The position numbers and the translations under genes were made by a program. Shown here piece after piece: positions 1-13,016 of a DNA stretch of 64,000 bases. The notes beneath the pieces are model-generated. The model did not search any database, was not told the DNA's origin, and was given only the letters and a program-made list of their open reading frames with translations. This DNA is from Antedon mediterranea (lineage: Eukaryota; Animalia; Echinodermata): the NCBI RefSeq assembly GCF_964355755.1, contig NC_092672.1:31812437-31876436 (forward strand). Direction: 5' to 3'. Within the stretch, counting starts at the first letter, position 1. Each line of letters opens with the position of its first letter.

Positions 1-528
1 TTCGTCAAACGCACGAGATGCAATATGTTTTAACACCATGACCAACTCCTTTCAAGGGACACATTATAAGGTACACTTTGGTCCGATTAAATATATTTTT
101 GGTAGAAGATAATGGGACTCATATTCAAGGAACACACTATGGGAACATGAATGAATGAACCGGGACCTAGGCTACATTTAGGTCCCGAATGTGGCTCCAT
201 ATGGGTATTTTAAAGAGTGATGATGCACGTCAACTGCTGCTCAATTCAAGCCTTTACCCTGGATAGCTCGTTTCCTCTTACAATAAATTGATTGGTACCG
301 TATTTAACTTCGTTTCGCTTTTAAACATGCTATGAATCTGACGCCCATGTTGCTATTCAACGCGTTCCCATCTAATGATGACGCTGCGATTTACTAGACT
401 GGGAACAACCAAGTGACGTCACTCCTTCTTGTTTAATCTGAGGATTTTCGAAGGCGCCAAGTATTCAATTTTAAACCTTACATTGCGTATTAAGCATAAT
501 TCTAGGCGGAATGAATTAATGAAAACGT

Positions 529-962
529 TAGCTTATTACATCCCAAATGTATTTTAACAAGGTCATCTTGCGAACTTTTTTTTGCATATTTATGTAAGCA
601 AGCTTCACAAAAACTTCTCACCTTTTTTTCGTATTATCAGTTTCTCCATTCAGAAATCATTACTCACTGATTAGCTATTTTTGTCTATTTCATCCGTTCA
701 TAAAGAATATAAGTGTTGCAATATCACGAATCGTAACCATAAAATAGCTTATTACATCCCAAATGTATTTTAACAAGGTCATCTTGCGAACTTTTTTTTG
801 CATATTTATGTAAGCAAGCTTCACAAAAACTTCTCACCTTTTTTTTCGTATTATCAGTTTCTCCATTCAGAAATCATTACTCACTGATTAGCTATTTTTG
901 TCTATTTCATCCGTTCATAAAGAATATAAGTGTTGCAATATCACGAATCGTAACCATAAAAT
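529..962. repeat. Near-perfect tandem duplication, unit ~216-217 bp
   Basis: TAGCTTATTACATCCCAAATG...CGTAACCATAAAA occurs at 529 and again at 745. The only difference I noticed is one T in a T-run. Confidence 0.9.
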
Positions 963-2989
963 AATAATTTAGAAACGTTTTTTATAATTCATATCATGGA
1001 TTCCTTTTATCACATAAATAAAGGACGGTTGGTCTTATCAACTTACAGTTAGAAATTCTCCTCTGGGACACCTATTTAAGGGGAAACTTTTGTGAAACAA
1101 ATAGGGTGTATATGTGTTGTTCTAAAACTACGGACAATTCCTATTCAGGGGACACTTTGTTGGATCTATAGCATGTCAATTCAAAATTCAATAAGCCCTT
1201 CTATACGGTTGATTATTCAACACGTTGAAAAGTTTCAGAAAAACGGACAGAAATTTGAGTTGAGTGCGAGGCTACTTATAACGAAAACATTTTTCAAAGC
1301 TCACATAAAACAATTTACAACAAATCTTGGGAGAGCTTCATAACGCCATGTAACCTCCTCAGCATTTCCGATAAACTAGATCGAGTACTACTCTAAAATC
1401 CATTGCATCCGCATCGATAATTTATTCTAAAAATACATAAAACACACACTTTCGGGTTTATAGGCCTAAGTTCAAAACAGTAGACGCGCGCGTACAATAG
1501 TTATCGGATTTTGAACGCGCACGCGAAATGATGTCTATCTTCTATTCATGAAATAGCTTACGATCTCTATGTTTGTCAATTAAAGTTAATAATTAGATAA
1601 TTTTTCAATTTCTAAATGTTTATAAACGAGATTACACACAAGCGAAATTAAACTTCCGTCAACTATAGAGGGCGGCAAAGTCATATTTCATAAGTACATG
1701 CTTTGTATAAACTATCATTAAACTGGGAAGTACTATCTAGTAATTAATAGTAGTACACATAGTGTGTGTATTATTATTAAATATAAAATAATAAAAAGTA
1801 TCTACATTTTTTATTCTGTCTCTTTTATATGAACCTTTTCATTACAGTAAAACATTATTATGGAATTAAAAAAAAAACAAGTGTGGTCCTGTTGAAACTA
1901 TTTAAATTCAAAACTACATTGCACACACACGCTTATAATAAATGGAATTTTCGATTATATTATACAATGAGAAAACTAAAAGAAGCAGATAATACAACTG
2001 CGCATGACCGTCACCTCTCGTGTGTGTGACTACTACAAAGTTGTAGAAGTTAACGCACAACCGCAAAATGTGCGCGCATGTACGTTACGCTTCATTGCTT
2101 CTTAGTTTCAGATGCCGCATTATGCAACCGAAAATGTATCATTATCTTCACTACAATAAGTAGAGCTATTCTACTATCAACCAAATTTAACATACAGCAA
2201 ATAAACACACGCAACATTAACACATTGTGGCATTTTAACTCCAGCCAATAAATCACAAAATAATATTTAAATCGCAACTGTAGTTGTAGGGCAATTTATG
2301 GATACACAAGTGCCCGAAGAAAACCCTTTCCAGACCTACAAACCTAATCCTAGATATGCCTATGCCTATGTAATAAAATAAAACTGCACAATATCCATTT
2401 TGGTTATTTACAATATATTACATTGAAGATACAGCTAAGTTTTATATAGTGTCATCATGGGCCTGTAAATTAGTTTGTAGGTCCATGGTGTCATGATGAA
2501 TCCATGGGATACTATTCTAACAATATACAAAGCTTTCACATAATTCATAATGATTTTTATGTTACCAAATAAACAATATGAAAAATATTCTAGTCTACAA
2601 ATGAACAAAATAAATGCCTTGAATTTTGAAATCAAAACAATTGTATGCAAAGTGTATGTGTGTTTGTAATCTGTGACCCTTGTTTAATCTTGAGAGGCTG
2701 TTATGTATTGTATTTCTGTATCTATGAGATCATGGGTAATTAGTGGAGATATAGGTACAAAATGATAAGGTAGATGTATTGTTAGAATGTTTAATTTGAT
2801 CAGGTACATAACTTACAGCAGAAAGATACATTGTGTTAAAAGGGTCAATAAACCTTTTATACAGTAAGCTTGGTTTGACCAATCACAAGCGATGGATTTT
2901 TCAAACTGTTTTCATTGGCCAACTCTACGTCTCTAAACCTTTATGGCTTTATTTAACCACTGTGTTTACAGTACTTTGTTTAGTACGAT

Positions 2990-3440
2990 CATGGAGAGAA
3001 GTGAGCAACACATTGCCGAAGAATTCCTTCATTTCTGTCCAACACCATCTCACAAATCTGGTTGTCTTGTCTTTCTAATAACTACACAAGAGAGACATTG
3101 ATAAGAAAAATTTCCGAAGAATTCCTTCATTTCTGTCTTCCATACCATCTCATAAATTTGGTTCTCTGATCTTTCTACAAACAAGTGACATCAGAACAAC
3201 ATATTGTCAAGGACTACCATTTTCCTTGCTGTCCTCCATACCGTCTCACAAATCTTGTTCTCTGATCTTTCTACAAACAAGTGACATCAGAACAACATAT
3301 TGTCAAGGACTACCATCTTCCTTGCTGTCCTCCATACCATCTTAAAAATCTTGTTCTCTGATCTTTCTACGAACACAAGTGACATCAGAACAACACATTG
3401 GCAAGTAATACCTTTATTGCTGTCCGCCAGTGTCTAACAA
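2990..3440. repeat. Degenerate tandem array, ~96-98 bp unit, non-coding
   Basis: GTGACATCAGAACAAC recurs at 3185, 3281 and 3379, with more diverged units on the left. Minus-strand frames contain stops. Confidence 0.8.
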
Positions 3441-3613
3441 ATCTGTATAATAACTGGTGGCTACTGTATGTGCATTCTGCAGTTCTGCGGCATATTTTAG
3501 GTGTGGCGTCAACTTACTTTATACGACGAAGGAATCAAGACGAAGAAGTAGTTCTACAGACAGATGCATTGCCTGAAAGCTGAGCACAAGGATCTTTGTG
3601 TTACAACTTTGTA

Positions 3614-3824
3614 CATAGGCGTCGTCAGGCTCTGTGAACTCCCCCCTTTTTTCAATCACAAATAATACATATTTTTTATTTTGCAAATTACAAGAAAATT
3701 AACAGATTAGAAAAGAAATTTCAATAAATCAGAGAAATTGGCTCACATGGGAATTCATTATGATACTTGATGGTAGTTTAATCAAAATTTAAAAATGTTT
3801 CTAATATTCCTGGCGACGCCCATG
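3614..3824. mobile_element. MITE-like element with 16-bp imperfect TIR
   Basis: CATAGGCGTCGTCAGG at the left end and CCTGGCGACGCCCATG at the right end. No clear TSD. Confidence 0.5.
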
Positions 3825-4478
3825 CAACTGTTGTTTATAAAAAGACATTGAATAAGCAAAATTTCTGAAGAAATGGAATAGAGAGGTTTACAAGGTGTAA
3901 AATTGCATTGTATATACTATAGTCGTAAGGGTAATTTCTGATTCGGTTTTATGTACACATCCTAAATCTTTGGAAAGAAGAAGATAGGAGCGTTGGAGAT
4001 TCTCAGAAGTTATTGCATCTTTCTGGAAATCTTGGCAGGAAATTCCAATTTCATATTACAAAATTCACACCTCTAAAACTGATCTTGGTCTCTTCATAGT
4101 TTAGGCTTCTTGATATTTACTTTACAGGTTTCAAAATGAATCCATAGAAAAAATATTCAATTTATATTTAAAAAAGGTTGATGAACTTGCGATTCATACC
4201 TCAATACCTTCCATCTAAAACCTTCTTTCAAAAGCTACCGGTTAACTCTTCTAGACATTATTCCAATTGGTTGTTTAGGATCTGTAACGCTTTTTAAACT
4301 TTGATGGGTTTCTATAACTGCAACAACTTTAGGTTTGTGGGTATCACTACCCAAGAGAAAATGGCTATACCCCTACCCAAAATAGAGTTAAAACAATTTA
4401 ATATACAACTTTCTTCCCTTTAAAACATTTCTTTACAAAATTTAATCTTACATATGTAAATGGCTAGTAAATAACTAG

Positions 4479-4697
4479 TTTTTAGATTGAAATATAATCC
4501 TTCTAGATTGAAATATAATCTTTGTTTGATATATAATCTTTCTAGATTGAAATATAATTTCTAGATCGACATACAATCCTTCTAGATTGACATACAATCC
4601 TTCTAGATTGACATATAATCCTTCTAAATTGACATAATCTTTTTAGACTGAAATATAATTCTAGATTGAAATATAATCCTAGATCAAAATATAATCC
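4479..4697. repeat. ~21-bp minisatellite (TTCTAGATTGAAATATAATCC) directly after the UBE2J2 stop codon
   Basis: About 10 degenerate units are visible, and the array abuts the TGA at 4698-4700. Confidence 0.85.
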
Positions 4698-7600
4698 TCA
4701 TTCCTGTGAAATATTTTTTAGTACATATTTAACTGTATACGCAAATGCTGCAAAACCTAATATCACCAGAACATTGGCTAGCGCACCTCCCACAATACCT
4801 TGTGGCTCTTGGTTGTTTATCGGTGGCTGGCCCATTGGATTGTGGGATGTGTTAGCTATCGTTCGACTTGATGAGATTGACGACTGCATGCTGGCTTTAA
4901 GTTCCTCCTCTCTTTTTTTTAACTCGCTCTTAATTTCCTGAAAAACAAAGATATATTTAAATACACTGGACTGGCAAATAAAAAACCTGTTATTCTTGCT
5001 AAAAATATTTTTTTACTGGAGGGTAACCTTAACCTCTGGCACAAACTTTAAGTGACAAAACAAATGTGCTAACAAATCTGTATTTTCTACAACTAATAAC
5101 TGGTGATGTAGCTATGTTCATTCTGGAGTTGTACGGAATGTAATGTACCCATCTATGGACAAGATACTGTGCCACTACCATATTTAGCCACATAACACCT
5201 TTTTTGTCAAACTAGTTTGATAGTATAGACAGAGCTTTAACAAAGTAATATTTTAATGTAAAAGGCTGGTATGTTTGACTGCATTTTCATCTAGAATAAA
5301 CGCAACACAAATAAATCTCTAAAGAGTAGACAGGGGATGGATTGTCCAATCATATTCAACTTTAGGAGCACTTGTATGAAAATCAGGATTTAGTGACACA
5401 GCAAAGAGACAGATAACAGTTAATAGTAGTAGTTTGACTTTGTGGGCAAAGGCCAACTCGGACAGCGTCGTACGACGAGCCGTATCATCGGGAGAAAATT
5501 GAACATGCTTAAAGTTCTTGTGACGACCTAAAAACTACGCCCGACGCTATTTTGGGATTCAACTTGGACAGCTTCAACAAGTCAAGATGTCACGACTCAT
5601 GTATGAAGCTGTCTGATTTGGCCTTAACAGATATCATAACAATTAGGCTTACCTGTGTGATTCCTGGAAACAGTTCACAAAAAATTGCATTTTTTATGTT
5701 AAAGGCTCCGCTTTGAGCCGACAGTTGGCGTTTCTGAACAAAATTGAAATTATAAAGATATTTTAGAACAAAAACAAAGGATTTAATCTCTTGAAGTCAA
5801 GAAGTCATTATATTATAATCCAAGTAAAGTTAACTAAAACGCTGGCTACACTACCCAACTTCATGTGACAAAAAATGTGATGTTCCCATATGAATATGAT
5901 GATATCATATTACTACTACATTTGGGCACATCACACTTTATTGTCACATAAAATTTGATAAATTGTAAACAGAGCTTAAGGGGGGAGTTTGTTCAGGATT
6001 GTTGTCATGAACGCATAACAGTACTTACTGTGTAATCAGACGTTTCAATGCTGCCCAGAGTAGGAATTGTTTCTACCATAAAACTGAGGAGGCCTGTTAG
6101 GATCGTTGACACGGACCATGCTGGGTTCCACGTGTCGGGATGAAAATCACTAATTGATAGACAAAGTCTACAAAAAAAAAAGATAAATAAATAAATCAAG
6201 CTTTCTCCTAATTTATAGATCATATCTTATACCTCTTTCACATTGGCTAGCAAAACTCTGGAGTCTATACACACACATCAGGATGTTAACATTCATCAGG
6301 ATGTTAACATCTTCATATTGTATGGTGTTTGTTAAGCAATGTGAAAGGGGTACTGTAAAATGAGAAACGTTTGCATGCATTACATTTTTGTTTGCCGCAA
6401 ACAATTGAAGTATTGAGTACGTAAAATACAGTACTAAAAGCACTTTTTTTACTAATAAAGCGATAGCTGTTTGGTTTGCTTTATTGCGTACTGTCGGTAA
6501 ACACAAACGATGTCGTATTCTTATTATTAAGTTAAGTACTGTACAATAATGCCTAGGCGTGGTCAACAATAATGCGTTACTGTATTAGTACAGAGTACAT
6601 GCATTGTAACATGAAGGATTGACATGATCTTGTAACCGTATTTACTTGTACTTTATTTTTCAAAATCCTGAATGTTTTATGTCACGAAAATGGACGATGT
6701 AACGATTCGCAAAAGTTTCTGGTTTACAGCATTTCCACCAACAAACACCAGAATTCCCTCTTTCGCGTGGACACTTTCCAAGGAATGCAAGGACAGGAAA
6801 AATAGGTTTTAACACTATCATCCACTATTTAGGATACTAGTTTATCTTATTAGCTCTATCTACACTATCAAACTTTACTTTATGTGACAAACAAATGTGA
6901 TGTGCCCATATATGGACATGATGATGTCATATTACTACCATATTTGGACATATTACCAACATATTTAGGCACATCAAAAAACCAGTTTGATGGTGTAGAC
7001 AGAGCCTTAGGAAACACCCCTATAGATAAAAAGGGCATACTTTAGTAGGTACTAAAGGTGTCCCTTTAATAGAGTGTCTACTGTGTAATGCTTCAGCTGA
7101 ATCACAAAGTGCATTTACCTTGTGTTGCACTTAAATCGTCCATTTGGTGTTATCATAAAGATACTTGGTGGTTTAAATGGAAATTCCTTTGGGAAAAGTA
7201 GTTTTCCATGGTAAAAACCTCCTTCATAGGGAGTGTTCTCAGGTCCTAATACCACATAGTGCCTAGAAGAAAATAAAAAGGGAAAACAATTAAAAATAAT
7301 AATCACTTACAGAGTTAAAATCTCATTGAAATCCAGATTATGAAAGAATTTAATGAAAAATGTATCGATTGATAGAATACTTTTGTGATAACTATTACTA
7401 TTTCAAATATTCACATTGAATCGAATTTCATATTTTGTAGATTGATTATAATCTTTCCATAACAAATGCAACATTTTATTACTGTACAGTGAAACACTGA
7501 GACTTAAATTATAACTTATCTTTATTTCTTAATTGTTGATAAAATAATGTATACGTATGCCGTTTATAATAATTGAGCACCATCTAACTAACTGTTTTCT

Positions 7601-10600
7601 CTCTAGTACAACCTGTTTCTGATTTTGTTTTTATGTTTGTTTTCTTCTTCAATGCAAACAAAAAATAAAGCTTCATTTTGTATTGTATACAGTAAAACCC
7701 AGTCCTTTGGGACATATCATCCCTATTCACTTTCACAAGAAAAAAATAATTAAAAGTATAACTAGACATGAAACTCGTCACTTTGACGAGTTAGTTATCC
7801 GCTCGACAAACGCCACGTGCACGTCATACGTTACAATATTGCGCACAGAAAAATATTAAGGCATTATGACCTGAACTGAAGAATATGATATGTTGTTATT
7901 TCTGAATTCTGTTATTTTGTGTCATATAGTATACACAGTACAATCTGTATACATATCACAAACAGTGTAAAATAGGTGAAATTACGGGACCCGTATTTTA
8001 TTGTAATTTTTAACATCTTGACGGTTTCAAAATGAAATGCAAAAGTAGAAATTTCAGAATGAAATTATCTCAGCAACAACATATTAACGTGTAGAAGAAA
8101 TTTGAATACGTGAAATATTGATGCGCGCTCTTTTAAATGTAATGAAATATAATGCAAAAGATGAAAATACGACTTTTTTTATTTAACTGGCCATATGATG
8201 ACGTCACGACATTCAATTGGCACAATTTACACATGATTTTGTATCTACAATACAATAGCTTCCTGAAAACGTTTTAATCGTGATTATCACATTTTTCAAT
8301 ATTTACTGTAAAGATGAAATTAATGACCAACGTAATTTAAATTTTTAGGCATGATGACGTTAAAAAAATTTAAAAAATTTTAATTCATGCAAAAGATAGT
8401 TGATTGACCTAGAATATATTAAAATCGGGGTGAAAATAGACAACGAATAAGTGGAGATGCGCTCTATTAAATGTGATGAGCTATGACGAAAGAGACAAAA
8501 ATCCTATATTTTATATTCGCGTGGCCATACGATGACGTCACAATGTCCGGTTACCCATATTAATGCATGATCCGATATCTACAACTCATCAACTTCCAGA
8601 ATATGTAATTAAAAAAAAGTTCTCCATGTAGTTTAGAATCTATGACTGTTTAAAAATAGGCATAATTTTGACAAATTTTTGAACTTTTTCACCAAAAACG
8701 CGTGCAAATTATGTAATTCGACGTGCTCGTATGACGTAATTTTAAGTCGAAATTGTTTAAAAGTTGGTAACATTACTAGAAAAGGCTGAAAAAACATAAA
8801 TCACGCGAAAAAAATATGTTTTTAACGCTACGTGTGCACCGCGTGCGTAAAAATTTTCGCGCGCGTGGGAATTTTTGACATGCTCAAAATGACATGAAAC
8901 GCATAGAAAGTTGATTAGAAGTTGATTTTTCGCATCCTAAAATTTTAAACGCACGTACGCGCGTAACTTTTTGTGAAACATGCTATTTTTAATCCATAGA
9001 AAGTTTGCGCTTGATATGACTTAAATTTTCACAAAGTGTCAAAACAAAATTATGTTTGGTTTTTAGTCTATGATCAATCATTGAAATTCATAAAATCGCG
9101 CGTACGTCACGTTTCGCAACTCTGACGTCATTCAAAAATAGGAGGTGCACAAGTTCACGTAAATGTCGATATGTTGACAAAGTTACGATATGTTCTGTTT
9201 ACAAGTTTTAGAGAAACGCGACGCACAAAAATGACAGAAGGAAAGAAGTATAATACAGAACTAGATTTGAACTCGTCACTACGGACGAGTTAGGTTATCC
9301 GCAGTGCAAAAGCCACGTGCACGTCATACGTTAGAATAGTGCGCGCAAAAAAATAAAACGATTATGGCATTGAAAAATGTTAGTGCGCTCTCTATGTTGC
9401 GTCGCGTCTAAGTATATACGGTATAACACTATATACTGTATACGCACTACATACAGTGCAGAATAGGTGAAAATAAGTGACCAAAGTTATTGACGCATTT
9501 GAACATGATGACGTCATCACAATTTTTAAAATGGTGGATCATGCGAAAGGTAATTGATTGATCTAGACAATATAAAAAAATTGAGTGAAATGGAATAAGG
9601 ATAAGTAGAGATGCGCTCTATTAAATTGACGAGCTATGACGAAAGAGAAAAAAATCCTATAATTTATATTCGGGTGGCCATACGATGACGTCACAATGTC
9701 TGGTTAGCCATATCAATGCATGATTCGAGAAAAACAACTCATCTACTTCCAGAATCTGAAATTTTAAATATTTTCACCTCGGAGTTTAGAATCTATGACT
9801 GTTTTAAAAAAGGCATAATTTTGACGAATTTTTGAACTTTTTCTTCAAAAACGCGCGCAAATTGTTCAATTCTACGTGCTCGTATGACGTGATTTTAAGT
9901 CGAAATTGATTGAAAATTGTTAAATGTACTAGAAAAGGCTGAAAAAACAAAAATCAAGCAAAAAAAAGATGTTTTTGCGCTACGTGCGCACGCGCGCGTA
10001 AAAAATATGCGCACGCGTGGGAATTTTTGAAATGCTCAAAATGACCTGAAACGCGTAGAAAGTTGATTAGAAATGAATTTTTCGCAATTTGAAATTTTAA
10101 ACGCGCGTGCGCGCGTAACTTTATGTCAAACATGCCATTTTTAATCCATAGAAAGTTTGCCCTTGATATGACTTAAATGTTCACTAAGTGTCATTACAAA
10201 ATGACTTTTGCTTTTTAGTCTATGTTAAATACGCGAAATTCATAAAATCGCGCGTAGCTTACGCTGCGCGACTCTAAAGTAAAAAAACGAGCTGTCCTGC
10301 ACTTCTACACATAGAGGTAAATCTTCTGACAAAGTTATACGATGTAATGTTGATCAGAATTTGAGATACACGTGACACAAAATTTTGGGAAAGAAAGAAG
10401 AACTAGACATGAAACTCGTCACTTTGACGAGTTAGTTATCCGCTCGACAAACGCCACGTGCACGTCATACGTTAGAATATTGCACACAGAAAAATATTAA
10501 GGCATTATGACCTGAACTGAAGAATATGATATGTTGTTATTTCTGAATTCTGTTATTTTGTGTCATATAGTATACACAGTACAATCTGTATACATATCAC

Positions 10601-12498
10601 AAACAGTGTAAAATAGGTGAAATTACGGGACCCGTATTTTATTGTAATTTTTAACATCTTGACGGTTTCAAAATGAAATGTAAAAGTAGAAATTTCTGAA
10701 TGAAATTATCTCAGCAACAACGTATTAATGTGTAGAAGAAATTTGAATACGTGAAATATTGATGCGTGCTCTTTTAAATGTAATGAAATATAATGCAAAA
10801 GATGAAAATACGACTTTTTTTATTTAACTGGCCATATGATGACCTCACAACATTCAATTGGCACAATTTACACATGATTTTGTATCTACAATACAATAGC
10901 TTCCTGAAAACGTTTTAATTGTGATTATCACATTTTATTCTTACGAGGCATAACAGATTAAAATTTACTGTAAAGATGAAATTAATGACCAACGTAATTT
11001 AAATTTTTAGGCATAATGACGTTAAAAAAATTAAAAAAATTTTAATTCATGCCAAAGATAGTTGATAGATCTAGAATATATTAAAATCGGAATGAAAATG
11101 GACAACGAATAAGTGGAGATGCGCTCTATTAAATGTGATGAGCTATGACGAAAGAGACAAAAATCCTATATTTTATATTCGCGTGGCCATACGATGACGT
11201 CACAATGTCCGGTTAGCCATATTAATGCATGATCCGATATCTACAACTCATCAACTTCCAGAATATGTAATTAAAAAAAAGTTCTCCATGTAGTTTAGAA
11301 TCTATGACTGTTTAAAAATAGGCATAATTTTGACGAATTTTTGAACTTTTTCACCAAATACGCGTGCAAATTATCTAATTCGACGTGCTCGTATGACGTA
11401 ATTTTAAGTCGAAATTGTTTAAAATTTGGTAACATTACTAGAAAAGGCTGAAAAAACATAAATCACGCGAAAAAAATATGTTTTTAACGCTACGTGTGCA
11501 CCGCGTGCGTAAAAATGTTCGCGCGCGTGGGAATTTTTGACATGCTCAAAATGACATGAAACGCATAGAAAGTTGATTAGAAGTTTATATTTCGCACGTT
11601 AAAATTTTAAACGCGCGTGCGCGCGTAACTTTTTGTGAAACATGCTATTTTTAATCCATAGAAAGTTTGCGCTTGATATGACTTAAATTTTCACAAAGTT
11701 TCAAAACAAAATTATGTTTGGTTTTTAGTCTATGATCAATCATTGAAATTCATAAAATCGCACGTAAGTCACGTTGCGCAACTCTGACGTCATTCAAAAA
11801 TAGGAGGTGCACAAGTTCACGTAAATGTCGATATGTTGACAAAGTTACGATATGTTCTGTCCACACGTTTTAGAGAAACGCGACGCACAAAAATGACAGA
11901 AAGAAAGAAGTATAATACAGAAAAAAAATTTGATGAAACAGGACGATTACAAGGAGTTATCCGCTACTAAGCGGATAACTAATAACATAGAAAAAAAAAA
12001 AAAAGATCCTGACAATAACAAGGGGTTATCCGCCAAGTGCGGATAACCAAAAAAAAAAAAAATATGATGAAACAGGACGATTACAAGGAGTTATCCGCTA
12101 CTAAGCGGATAACTAAATATATGCTTTAACAATTACCAATCCATATTCAGGAGACACTAGTATACAACGCAGTTGTTAATTGTATGACACGCTATAATAT
12201 AAGACCCCTAGGAGAGGTGCGACATGGTATTCATAAGGTATGACAGTCATCTCAAGAGGGTCGTATAGTGGCTCATACAAATGACGCACCTCTCCCGGGG
12301 GTCGTAAAGTGCTTAAGGGACACTTTGTCATGTTCCAAGGGGTTCTCCTGTATACTGAAACCTAAAGACACTGGCCTACCATTCTAAAATATTTGTTGAC
12401 ATCGGAGCTGCTGTGATGTAAGGAACAGGATCCTTAATGATGCGGGCATAGTCCTGCTTGAGACGCGCAGTGGCGGTGGTTTGTTGGCGCCGACTCAT
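4698..12498 (-). CDS. UBE2J2: Ubiquitin-conjugating enzyme E2 J2 (tail-anchored ERAD E2), ~240 aa
   Basis: Coding exons 12498-12380, 7262-7119, 6167-6029, 5733-5653 and 4937-4698, all GT-AG with consistent phases (723 nt). Translation includes [94 protein letters not shown] and a C-terminal TM segment ([22 protein letters not shown]), matching UBE2J2. Confidence 0.96.
5450..5625. mobile_element. Harbinger-like MITE
   Basis: TIR AGGCCAACTCGGACAGC ... GCTGTCTGATTTGGCCT, followed by TAA. Confidence 0.5.
6352..6729. mobile_element. Tc1/pogo-like MITE remnant
   Basis: Imperfect TIR: (TA)CTGTAAAATGAGAAACGTTTGC ... GCAAAAGTTTCTGGTTTACAG. Confidence 0.45.
6852..7006. mobile_element. Harbinger/Tourist-like MITE family 1 copy
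   Basis: Matches the family-1 TIR AGCTCTGTCTACACTATCAAACT and internal core. Confidence 0.75.
9261..12048 (-). mobile_element. HINE family B copy nested in family A
   Basis: Has its own ends, CTAGATTTGAACTCGTCACTACGGACGAGTT-AGGTTATCCGC and GGTTATCCGCCAAGTGCGGATAACC. The body (9261-10402) is related to part of A. Confidence 0.78.
10403..11980 (-). mobile_element. HINE family A, intact inner copy nested in B
   Basis: Near-identical to 7762-9260 and continues uninterrupted into the A tail (GATGAAACAGGACGATTACAAGGAGTTATCCGCTACTAAGCGGATAACT). Confidence 0.82.
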
Positions 12499-13016
12499 GC
12501 TACAACTTTGCAATCATACAGCAAATCTACCACTTAAATGATTTCGTGGACGATTTTGACTCTGAAACAAGAACATAATTTTTAATTAGGATAATATTAA
12601 ACATTTATTATTAATTATTATTTGTTGGTGTTTCAATCAATAAATTAATTTTTCTGTTTTTTTTTTCTATCATAAATAAATATGATTCACCATTCCATTG
12701 CACCAACAAATGGAAATATTAAAAATATTAATTATTAATATTATTCAAATTTTAAATACAACAAAAATTAATATTCAACAATACCCGACCATCATAATTA
12801 AGTAAGGCTCTTTAGTGTTAAGTTAGGCCATGGAGGTATCCATGGTTAGGCCTCCGGAGCAGGTCGCAGCCACGTACCGCCCACGTTCGTAAACCATTAA
12901 ACAACCGGTGATAAGGAAGTAGGCCGGTAAGCTTAGAAAGCCACTGGTTTTAAACAGTTTTAATAACAGTTTATTGATTAATTCCTTAACAAAAAAACCA
13001 TGTCAATAATACCTAC

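Larger units (their letters stand above)
7762..12114 (-). mobile_element. Helentron-associated non-autonomous element (HINE/DINE-1-like), family A, outer host copy
   Basis: Minus-strand 5' end is TT-AGTTATCCGC-TTAGTA-GCGGATAACT (palindromic subTIR). The 3' end is subTIR GCGGATAAC, hairpin AACTCGTCA-AAG-TGACGAGTT, then CTAG-TT. The body (7762-9260) and tail (12049-12114) are separated by nested inserts. No TSD. Confidence 0.8.

Noticed and set aside
2990-3440. Regular ~96-bp array considered as CRISPR-like or a coding repeat
   Set aside because: Whole units are repeated with no unique spacers, the context is eukaryotic, and the unit length varies with stops in the frames checked.
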